A stretch of 64,000 nt of DNA from Selaginella moellendorffii (lineage: Eukaryota > Plantae > Lycopodiophyta), in assembly GCF_000143415.4 (NCBI RefSeq), contig NW_003314334.1, positions 124,001-188,000 of the forward strand. The letters run 5' to 3'. The notes beneath the pieces are model-generated. The model saw nothing but the letters and a program-made list of their open reading frames with translations, was not told where the DNA came from and did not search any database. The position numbers and the translations under genes were made by a program. Position 1 is the stretch's first letter; each line of letters opens with the position of its first letter. Positions 9,962-20,927 of the stretch are shown in pieces.

Positions 9962-12131
9962 CTAATCTTTATTACAATTCTCATACTCCATGACAAGCTC
10001 ACGAGCATAGGTAAGATTTCTAAGAGGTTCCCAAGTTGATTCACAAGTCGGGTAACCCTTCCACTTAACTAGATATTCCTTCGCATGAGCCCGTCGCCGA
10101 AACCGAGAATCCAAGATAGATTCAGCTTCATACTCGGGTTCACCATCCACGATTACTGGCGGAGGACGCATATCCGTAGAGCGTTCCAAAGCAGCATGAT
10201 ATGGTGCTAGTAAACTGACATGAAACACATCATGTAGCTGAGAGAACTCATCCGAAAGATCCAACTTATAGGATACATCACCAACACGTTTTAACACCCG
10301 ATAGGGTCCAACATATCTCGGCAAGAGCTTCCGAGACAAAGAACCCTTAATGTTCAAGTTTCGGGAAGAGAGCCACACCTGATCTCCCACTTGATAGGAT
10401 ACATCCCGACAATGCTGATCCTTATCATGTCGATACCTATCCTGAGCTTTGCCCATTGCCTCGGTAGCCCTAGACCAACCTTGGCGTAGCTGCTCCGCAT
10501 AAGTCTTAACAGCCGGGACCAACATTTCGGATATAGGTTTCAGTACAACAATCTGGTGAGGAACCCCATGAGCATTCCCTTGCAGCATCTCCCATGGAGA
10601 ACAGCCTATAGCACTATGAAATGTGTTGTTATAACATATTTCTGCTGTATCCAAATGCTCAACCCAGTCGCGTTGGTTCGCCGCGACATAGTACTGTAGA
10701 TAATCCTCAACTTGAGCATTCACGCGTTCGGTTTGCCCATTAGTTGAGGATGATAAGCCATACTAAACTTCAACTTGGTACCAAACAACTGGAACAGGGT
10801 CCCCCAAAACTTCCCCGTAAACCTCGAATCTCTATCTGAGATCATTTCTTCAGGAAGACCACGAACTCGCACTACTTCATGGAAAAAGAGCTTTGCTGCT
10901 TGTTTCGCATTTACTGTGCCCACAGTTGGAATAAAGTGTGCAATCTTTGACAACCGATCCACAACCACCATCAAAGTATCATAACCCTTAGACTTCAGCA
11001 AACAAGTGATGAAATCAAGTGTCACACTTTGAAATGGCCATGCCAGTTCTAGAATGCACTGCAACTTTCCAGCCTACTTCTCAATTCTGAGCTTACATTG
11101 CTGGCATATAGGGTAGGAACGGACATAATCCGCTACATCACCTTCCATACCAAACCAGAAAAATCCCTTTTTCAATGAAGCTAGAGTTTTTCATTGTCCA
11201 CCATGTCCCGCATCATGATGTTCCCGTAGAAATAACTGCTACAGAGCCTTAGCAGGAAGATACAATCTTTCTTGCTTATAGAATATAAGCCCATCCCGAA
11301 CTGAGAAGTGAAGCTTTGCATTAGTGCGACTAGCAACTTTCGCTGCTTCGCTACCAGGGCTCTGCTTCGACAACTCTGCACGGCATAAGATTGTCTTCGC
11401 CAATGGATCACTTCCATACGAAGCCCAAACGTCTTCCAACCAGTCCGAACTGATTGCCGATATTGCCCGGAATTGAGCTTGACGACTCAACGCATCCGGA
11501 ACAATATTGTCTTTACCAGGTTTATATATGATTTCAATATCATATCTAGCAAGCTTCTCTTGCCAACAAGCCTGCTTCAGCGTAAGCTTAGGCTACGTAG
11601 CAAAGTAGCTTAGTGTGTTACTATCCGTATAAACATTGGTATATCCACCCAAGTAGTGTCTCCAGTGTTCTAGGGCCAACACTATAGCAAACATCTCTTT
11701 CTCATGCGTTGGCCATCTTCGTTGGGTCTTATCCAATTTCTTGGAATAGAACGCAATGGGACAACCATGTCGCTTTAGAATAACACCAACCGCTTTGTCA
11801 CAATCTTGCTGCAACACGGCACCAATAGCATAGCCAGATGCATCACAATGCACTTCGAAGGGTTTATCAAGATCTAGGATCTTGAGAATAGGAACTGTAG
11901 TCAAGATCTCCTTCAACCATACAAAAGCATGCTGACAAGCTGGTGTCCAATGAAATGGAATACTACTCTTCGTCAACTCAGTCAACGGAAGAGCAATTCT
12001 TGTAAAATTGCGGACAAACTTGCAATAGTATCCCGCCAAACCGAGAAAGGAACGAACATCTAATACAGTGGTCGGGACTTCCCAGGACTTCACCCCTTCC
12101 ACCTTCTTTGGATCGACCTCAATCACGCCAC
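9962..12131 (-). pseudogene. pol: pol remnant: RT C-terminus, RNase H, integrase and chromodomain (frameshifted)
   Basis: VRSFLGLAGYY, VHCDASGYAIGAVL, EKEMFAIV, integrase TLDFIT...VVVDRLSK...ISDRD, GPY motif YVGPYRV, chromodomain EYEAESILDSR...YLVKWKGY...TWEP. Confidence 0.93.
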
Positions 12132-12270
12132 TATAGTGGAGAGCCATGTCTTCCCAACTTGCTACTCCTCACAAATATGCCCACTTCTAGGACCTTCCGA
12201 TGCCAACACCAATGGTGATATACTTGAGCACCAATAAAAGTCAGACTAAGGAACAGCTCCGATACCAAAT

Positions 12271-13388
12271 TGTAAAAGACTAATTTTTTCATCCTAATTT
12301 AGTCACTTAACCACACCTCTGACCACTTGGAGGAGTCTCATTCACAACCTCCTTAAGTCCAGTTCAGGACTTGGGACTTACTAGCCCCGAGAATGGCATC
12401 CATACCACTCATCCTTTCCGCTTGGTCTAAGTGCTCCACGTGTCCGGTCCCAAGACCAACACCCCAAGGTACCACCAACATACTAGCCCATTACGCTAAG
12501 GCCATGCCCATTCAAATTGGTACCACCGGTGGTTCAGCACCACCTGCATCACAGCCCTATCTCTCGACAATTGGGCCATCCATCCAGGAGTGACCATCCA
12601 AGATCCACTCCTTAGCATCCTTAAGATGCCCACAGACAGAGGGAACTGCCTTCCCCAATATCTCTTTTACAATCCCCACCAAGTCTCTTTTCTATCCATG
12701 GCCGAGTTTGCCTGGATAGAACTCGACACTGGGACAAGGCCCACAAGCCCGACCACTAAGTCCCACTATCATTTGGGACCTTCTCACCACATGACCATAT
12801 CCTTGGTCACCACACTAGAGGACTGCTCCTCTTCCATTCTATAGTTTGGGACTTTGGGACGACATTTCGGAACACCGTGGCCTTATGCGAACCTCGTGGG
12901 TACTCTCCCCACTTTTCGCCTTTGGATGCTCTAGCCATGGGCTTAGAGCGAGGTTCCGTTGAGCCATGCCAGATATCCAAGTAGGTAGTGCCACCCACAC
13001 TTGGACTAGGGGCATTGACCATTCGATATCCCGGGGGAACTAGAGCCGGCTCTTGAACACTTAACCAAACTACCCTACTTAACAATCTATATTCACTCTA
13101 GCTTTGGACCTCCCAGTGGTTATCCCATCACCCAACGCTTGGGTACAGCCTTCTTAGGCCAAACTGGCTCCACTGGAGTCCTCCCCCTACTATACTTTTG
13201 GAGCTCACCAAACCCCCCAGGGTCTGGGAGATGAACGCTTTGGGCTTTCACCCTCTTAGACTCGAACTCGGACTCGGACTCAGACTCGGACTCGAACTCG
13301 GACTCGGACTCAGACTTAGACTTGGACTCAGACTCAAGCTTGGGCTCGGTCTCGGCCTCGGCATTGGTCTCAGTCTCAGTCTCAATCT
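12271..13388 (-). mobile_element. 5'-truncated LTR-B (copy 2); its PBS and leader (12132-12267) are fused to family-A RT
   Basis: Near-identical to 5685-6790, with the same junction to the protease at 13388/13389. Confidence 0.85.
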
Positions 13389-14883
13389 GGCTACTTGCTC
13401 ACCTTCCGCAAACCGGAAGTGCATAGGCGACATTTGCTCAACATTCAATCCTAACAACTTAACTAAGTCTTTAGATATCACGCTGTGTGTAGCTCCCATG
13501 TCAATCATCACTCGGATTCAGTGTCCACGGACAAAGCCTACTAGATACATCAACGGATCAGTGTTTGCATTGACTGCAAGAAAAACTTGAGGAAAGCAAC
13601 GAAAGTTACTCACCTCTTCTTCCTCATACTCCGCATTGACCAACTCGTCAACCCCTTTCAGCTTCACCACCACCATCTTCCCTCATGACATTAACACGAG
13701 ACCTTGTCTTATGCTTGTTGGGACATTCCGAGGACCTATGTCCTAACTCTCCACAATGGAAGCAATGACCCACACTACCCGTTCCGCTAGGAGCAGGTTT
13801 TGCAAGTTGCTACTGCTTGTACCCACCAAGAGGAGGAACAGAGGGCCTAGGACCAGAAGAAGCTGCTGGTGGTCTCCAACCACCACCACCTTTGTTAACT
13901 GTAGCTTGTGAGCCTCCAGGGTAGTACCTACTTTCCACCCTTTGTTTCCAATCACCTTGCTTATTCCTAGAATTTCTATTCTTATCCGAGTTACCAACTT
14001 GCGGTTGCTGATATTGTTCCATGAGCGAGTGACTAAAGGCAACTTGCTGCACTGCCTCCTTACACTCCAGGTATGTCTTCGGCTTAAACTTCAAAATCTC
14101 ATTGCGAGAAAATGAACTTAAACCCTCTAGAAAATAATTCCGAGCATCTTCGTCACTCATATTTGCAATCATAATGCGCTTCTGAGCAAACGCATTAATG
14201 TAATGCATAAGGTCCCCTCGCTGCTTTAACTGTCGAAGCTCCGTGCGAAGTCTCAGACCAAGATCATCCGGCAAGTATTCCTTACAGATACGAGACCGCA
14301 TCTTGGTCCAACTTCTAGTCTGCTCTTTTTCTGCACACACCTGGCGCCACCAAGTTTTGGCATGATCTGTGAAAAAGGATTGCGTGCACGCAACTTTCGT
14401 ACGATCATCTACGTCTGCCGCTATGAAGTAGTTCTCCATATCGTAGACCCAGTCTTCCAAAACCTGATAGTCCTGCATGCCTTTGAAATTGGGTGGTTTT
14501 GGAGGCTTGAACTTTGAAACTCGTGCAACCGGGGGCGGCTGCAGAACTTCATCGTCCTCAAAACTTGAGGAGGAGTCCGGTTGCTTAGGCTTAGCTGGTT
14601 TAGCTGCCTCTGCTTCTTTCTTCCTCTTCTTGTTCTCCTTCTTCAATTTGTGAATCTCCCTTCGCAAATTCACGATCTCGACTTCCTGAGCCATACGCTT
14701 CAGCGCTGCAGCATTTGGCTCTTCCTCTTCTGACTCAGCCTTTGCCTCTTCCGCAGCATCTCTAGCAGGAGTTTCCTCCTCTTGATTCGCCCGTCTAGAG
14801 GTTTCAGCATCATCAGCACGGTTCCTTTTCACCATTCCACTAGCTGCATGCATGCCTCTATCAGTAACTGAACATGCATACAA
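13389..14883 (-). pseudogene. gag: Chromovirus gag plus partial protease (copy 2)
   Basis: 357-aa gag ORF at 13810-14883, then stops and a frameshift, a CCHC knuckle and MIDMGATH. Confidence 0.9.
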
Positions 14884-15025
14884 TGTTCTTACCGAATGGT
14901 GCTACCCAACTAATCCTACACAGGTCTCTTTGGATCTACTAGAAAAGTCTCTGCGTATGCAAGTTGAGTCAAAAAATCTGACAAAATTTGGATAGAAATT
15001 GCTGAGACAATTCCCTGATATCAAA

Positions 15026-16144
15026 TGTAGCGCACCTGAATTTGGAGCCGAACTCCAAGCCCGTTGCGCTACGAAACGAGGGTCCGGTACAATCCCNNNN
15101 NNNNNNNNNNNNNNNNNNNNNNNNNNNNNNNNNNNNNNNNNNNNNNNNNNNNNNNNNNNNNNNNNNNNNNNNNNNNNNNNNNNNNNNNNNNNNNNNGGGG
15201 GGCTTTTTTTTTATTTCCCCCCCTGGGAAAAGGGGGATTCTCCCCAAGGCGTTTATTTTGGGTAACCCCGGGGTTTTCCCCCCCCCGGGGTTTTAAAACG
15301 CGGCCCCGGGAATTTTAATACGCCCCCCTTTGGGGGGAATGGGGGTTCCCCCCGGGGGGGGGCCCCTTTAAAAATAGGGGGTCCCCCGGGCGCCAGAAAT
15401 TTAATCCCGGGGGTTGGGGTTTAAACCCAACCCGGGGGGGGAAAAGGGGGGGCCCCCCCCCCGGGGGGGCCAAAAAAATTTTTCGGGGGGGGGGGTTTGT
15501 TTTCCAACCCCTTTCCCTTTTAAAATTTGGGGACCCCCCAAAGCCCCCCCCCCCCCCCCCCCCCCCCTTGAGGGACACACGCTTTGGGCTTTCACCCCAA
15601 GCCTCCTTTAGTACCAGGAGTTAGTCTCTGGGACAAGTCCGAAACTTACTAAATATGGAATGGCCTTAGATTGCGAATTTGGACACGGGACGAACACCAT
15701 TGTGTTCAAGCCAATCTCTACATTCCGTAGATATGCCAAATGAGCTAATCTAGACACTTTCCATAAATAGCACTTGGGACCGAAATGAGACTAACACAAA
15801 GGGTGTGATAGCGAGGGTGTTTGGCAGACACGGTAAGCTATCATCCAGCGATATTGAGGGACTAGTCTCAATACGCGAGGGTTCTTGCCAAGCCAATGCA
15901 AGACAGAGCAAAAGAGAACTAAGAGCCAGGCCGAGAATGCTCAGCTAGAAACACATAGGAGTTCCTACCTTATGTTCATCTGGCTAAGTACAGATGCTAA
16001 GCCCAGTAAACTAACACTTGGACAAGAGGGGCTATTGAACGGAACCAGCAGTACCGACCTCCTGCCGTCATGGCAGTAAGGAAAGAGTGCCCGTAAGGAC
16101 TAGCCGACAAGTATCTTTCGATACCCGAAGTCACATTCGCGACA
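15026..16144 (-). mobile_element. 5' LTR-A (contains N gap 15097-15196 and low-quality sequence)
   Basis: Same termini as 8427-9354; degenerate PBS at ~15013-15023. Confidence 0.88.
15097..15196. other. Assembly gap
   Basis: 100 N. Confidence 1.
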
Positions 16145-17871
16145 CTTTTATCACCTCCAAATACTTGTCATACAGCCAACCAATTAGCACCAATAGCATC
16201 TGCCATGAAACCACGGAAGTTGGGTTTCTTTCCGGTTCGCTATTCAACAACCTCGGACATACATGTCCAAAAGACGGTTTGTGCTTGGAAATCTTGAACC
16301 TTGAATTCGGCTATAGCTATAGTCAAGTTGCATTGCAACTTATAGAAGGAATGGTTATAATGTAAATCAGAATGGAATCCTTAAAAAATGAATAACCACT
16401 TACTTGTGATCGTAAACATGAGCTCCCATTGTTGACCAGCCTGAAACTCGTTCCATGTGATCAAAATGGATCCAGGAATTAGCCAAGTCCCCGTCTCTAT
16501 CCATATCCATTCATTGTACAAGATCCACACTAGAAGTAGGACCAAGGGTGGACATCTTAAAGATGAAAGGGCATTGATTGTTTGAAGTCACTTGGCTAAT
16601 TGACAAACTCCCATGAATAAATTCATAGGGACATTTTCTTTTTAACTCCAAAATCGCATCCAATCCAGACTGAAGCTTTCCAGTTCTTTATTCTTCTAAA
16701 AAAAGGAGTGTTTCTAGTGACAAAGTAGAGTTAAGTATTAACTTAAACCTATTTAAATTTGTCACGGGTTCTATATTTTGAAGCAGGTCCTTCAAGCTGT
16801 TCTTTGTAAACTCTTTTTTGCTGTCAGCTTGTAGCAACATGTCCACCATATAGTCCTGAAACTATTGAACACACTTTGGAGTTGTGACACTTTTCTTCCC
16901 AACTTTTGTAGTAACAGCAGCCTTCAAATTGTGAAAAGAATCACGACAGATTCCTTCCTCTATTATGTGTTGGTGGTATCCAACATGCACTACTGCTCTG
17001 CCTAACATCCATCCCATGGAAGAAAATAATACATTTTTGCATCACAACATGCTTGACAAAAAAATGTTGCCCCACATTTGCAACATTTAAACCTTGTAGC
17101 AACCTCATCATGCCTAAGGGGATTGATTGCTGAGCCTTCAAAGAAACATATATTCTTGCCATGATCAGAAATGCATTTGTCAGCAACACATTGAAGCTGT
17201 CCACCACAATGGACTATGGACACAGATCTGTTAAAATGGGAGCAGTGGGTCGTCTTTACTCTACACCAATTATGTGGATCAAGATGCGTCTCTATGCCCC
17301 TCTTCCTCCTTGACAAACTAGCTAGTGCAAATTCAAAGAATATATTCCCATTATAGGAAGATAGAAGCTCCTCACCTCTCATGTACTAGAACTCCTTCAA
17401 TTCCAACTATAATGATTGAGATTGCCAAAATGCCTTATCTATCGCCTCAAAAATTGGTCCAAAAGGAACACACCTATTTGTATGGGAAGTTATGTTGGGA
17501 AGCTCATCTTCTTCACTTTCGTCACTAGAGAGAATAATAACTTTATCCTTCACTCCTTGCACAGTTGGCTATGAAATTGACGCACTCTCCTCTGCTTGCT
17601 TTTTAGATCCTGTAACTAGAATCTTCTAACCTGTACATCTATCAAGATCCCACTGAATCCCATTCTTTCCCACACCACTGTTGAGCAAAATGGATTTTTC
17701 TATTTGATTACCCTTATCCCGACATATATTCTCCAAACTAATTGATCCTAGCTTCAACTTGAATCTTTTGTAGAGGAAGCTCTCTCCTATAACATCCTTA
17801 GAGAAAACAATTGGAGGCTCTTGATCGAACTTCAAGTAGAATTCTCTCATACCTTCTCCTTGCTCGAGCAC
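16145..17871 (-). pseudogene. Mutator/MULE-like transposase remnant, cut off by the LTR-A insertion
   Basis: WRKY/GCM-like zinc finger (HCGGQLQC...CCKCG...RAVVHVGYHQH), then DLANSWIHFDHMERVSGWSTMGAHVYD and PNFRGFMADAIGANWLAV, ending exactly at the LTR boundary. Confidence 0.65.
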
Positions 17872-18499
17872 TTAGAAAAAATTTGGGGAGAAACTGACAA
17901 CAAAGAACAAAGATATTCTTCTGTATTGTGAGCTTTAATTAGTTGTGTCCTTGCAAAGGACAAGTTAAATATTTTAACAAAATATATAACCGTTTAGAAT
18001 CTAGAGATATATGAGAATCTTAAAGAGCCACCCATATTAATTGTATAATTGATTAAGAGGAATAATACTGTTGAAATGAATGGGGTTATGAGTGAGAAGC
18101 ACTGATTAATCACGAGAGTTGTAGTATTAATTGCTTGTTCTCCCTCTTATTTCCATGTTCTTTTCCCTTCAAAAAAGTTTCATTCTTTTGTGATAAGTGA
18201 GAGAGACTCAAACTTGAAAAGGTTGGTTCGTGTGCAGTTTTTTCGTGTAGCACTTGTGCTTGCGGGGAGTGTAGCTGAACCTTAAGTCCAGTCTAACCCG
18301 GGGAGGGGGATTGGGAGAAATTTGGGAATCCGTGGATGGATGGCTAATGCTCCGTTGCTCGTGCAGTGAGTAGCTAAAACCAAGAGCTAGTACCATAGGC
18401 GGGAACTTTGGCAAGGGAACTTAGTTAAGTCCAAGGATGTGTCGATCGGATAGACGAGGTAAATTGGCAAATTGAAAAGGAAAAATTTATGGCTTACAA

Positions 18500-18829
18500 A
18501 AATGACCACTAATGAACAAATGATCCAATCTTTGGGAGATGGGACTGTGATGGAGGTAGTCTTGGACTATTGATATGACAAAGGTGAATGGATATGGCCT
18601 TAGCGTAATAGGCTAATATGTTAGTGGTACCTTTAAGTGTCTATAGTGGGATTGGACATGTGGAGCACTAGGACTAACTGCAAAAGTTGAGTGGTATAGA
18701 TACCATTCACGGGGCTAGCATATCCCTAAGTTGGGGAATAAAACTTATAGAGGTTATGAGTGAGACTCCTCTAAGTGGTCAAAGGTGTGGTTAATTGACT
18801 AAAGTAGAATGGAAAATTTGTCACCTACA
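18500..18829 (+). mobile_element. Old LTR-B 3' fragment
   Basis: Reverse complement of 33654-34000-like sequence, ending ...GGAAAATTTGTCACCTACA. Confidence 0.75.
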
Positions 18830-20284
18830 AGTAATTTAAATAAATACTAGGTTTATTTTTATTATAAAAAAAAAGAAAAAGATAAAACAAATGCTTTTGA
18901 GAACTATGTGTTTCCTTTTGGATTATTAGGTTACAGCTGTATGAAATGCTTTTCTCTTAAAGCACATGTTTGCAATGCTTAGTATGGCTATTATGCAAAG
19001 ATAATACCATGAGGGATTTTAATGGCATGGACTATCCCATTTCCAAGCTACATCAAGAGCATTTAACTTCTGTAAATTTGGGAAGTTGTTGTGCTAATCA
19101 CAGGTTTAATGCTTTCTAATAAAGTTAATATTAGCATAGAAAAAGCTTTATTTATTTAGCTTTATTAACTTTATTCTCCAAACAGTCTCAAAGAAATTAA
19201 AGTAAAAATATTGAAGATCTTTTATTAAAGGTTGAGATTGAAATCTTTTAAGAGTGTTTTGATTAATTGATAAATGAAAGCTTCATTATTTTCTTAATAA
19301 ATTTATAAGATTTTGAAATAAAGGATTATTATTATTTTGTATGAGTTCTATGGCTATAATGCTGCTTACTATTATTAGCATAGTGGGATTTTAATAGCCA
19401 TTAGATTTGTTTCAATCCAAACCTCTCACTCTTGTATATAAAATTGGGTTTTCGGGCTAATCAAATAGATTTCTATATTCTCTACACCCATATTGGTGGA
19501 GATGAAGGGCAATTTTAGTTTTCCTTGAGGAGTGTTTCGATTTGTACCTTTGGTTTATCTTTTGTATTGTCTAGATCTCTTTGATTCTTATAGTTTTTCC
19601 ATTTCCTTTCTTTTGCTTTCCTTATTTTCATTCATCTTTATGGTAAAGTAGAATACTCCTCCTTTGCAAAAACCTCCTCTTTTGACTGTAGAACAACAAT
19701 TAATATACTTGTTTGATGCTATGTGGCTGCAACTAAATAATCAAACGTAGTTGATGGTGATATTCATGGTGTGTGGTGCAACTCCTCTTGCTTTTGATGT
19801 CAATCCTCACATCCAGCTAAATTTCTTTAGTGGGAATCTTGAGGATGATGCATATCATTAGTTTGATCACTTTATGGTGATTGTCATTTATCATTCTTAG
19901 GATGATGCCCAACATTGATATGAGTTTACCACATGTATCAAGGGATGGCATTGTAATGGTATAATGGTTTGAGTGTAACCACTCATGTAGGTTGGAGCTT
20001 TCTCCCAAACGTTTTTAAATACATATTTAGATATGCTAACAATTATGACGATGTGTTTTAGTAAATGCATGGTCTTTGACAGTGACTTTCTGCGTCAATT
20101 ATACAATTTGGTATTTGCTCAAAGTTTCTTGCTTTGTGTACAACTAATATGTCAGAACAAGTCAAGTTGGGAATGTTGTGTCTAATGCTTTGTCAAGATT
20201 TTATTAAACTTATATATACACTTGTTCTAGCTAATCTTGATGATGCTCTTTACCTAGTACAATACTATTGAGACATCACTTCTC

Positions 20285-20927
20285 TATAGCGCATGTAATC
20301 ATGGGATGAAATTTGGATATACTATCACCGTGGATCCTTGGAACCTTAGAGAGGATAAATGGGGATAAAATAGCCACTAAGGGGTCTTTCATCAAATAAT
20401 TGCCCCTTTTTTAGTTGGCTTAAGGGGAGAGAGATAAAGTGTGTTATATATGGTATCAGAATAAATGGCATGGGTTCAATTTCCATTAATTAGTGGCTAT
20501 GTAAAATATAATATGAGTAAGGTATATTCCTATTCTTAAATTTGATATTATATATATTGGACATCTGTGCGTATGTTCTTCCTCTTGTGGAGTATCCACG
20601 GATGAAATTATCCACTATAGAACTGTAGTATGAGTGGATGATTAGTTGCCTTACATGGAATAGCTAGTCTACACAATGGAAGAATTGGTAGATTTAGTGC
20701 GAAAATAGAGGTGCTAATTCCCTTTGGCTCAGTAGGCGTTATAGTCAATAATTAATAAAGACATTGACATCTTTAAAGAAGGGGTGAGTGTAGTGTATGT
20801 GATCATAGGATGAGATTTAGATATATTATCATTGTGGATCCTTGAAACTTTGGGGGATAAATGAGGATAAAATAGCCACTAAAAGCTTTATTATAAAGCA
20901 ATTGCTTTTTTTCCAGTTGGTTTTAAG
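20285..20927 (+). mobile_element. TRIM-like miniature LTR retrotransposon
   Basis: Direct repeats at 20285-~20448 and 20789-~20927 (right copy truncated), PBS TGGTATCAGA at 20451-20460, PPT AAAGAAGGGGTGAG at 20775-20788, ~330 bp non-coding interior. Confidence 0.8.

Larger units (their letters stand above)
5546..16144 (-). mobile_element. Composite tandem Ty3/gypsy chromovirus array (LTR-A, gag-PR', LTR-B', 'RT-RH-INT-CHD, LTR-A, gag-PR', LTR-B')
   Basis: 5546-9354 and 12132-16144 are highly similar direct copies. LTR, PBS, PPT and gag/pol motifs are listed as separate features. Confidence 0.9.

Noticed and set aside
15197-15545. Striking G/C/A/T homopolymer-rich stretch and its Gly/Pro-rich ORFs
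   Set aside because: It is a stuttered version of LTR-A ~8440-8760 lying between a poly-C run and an N gap, typical of read slippage.
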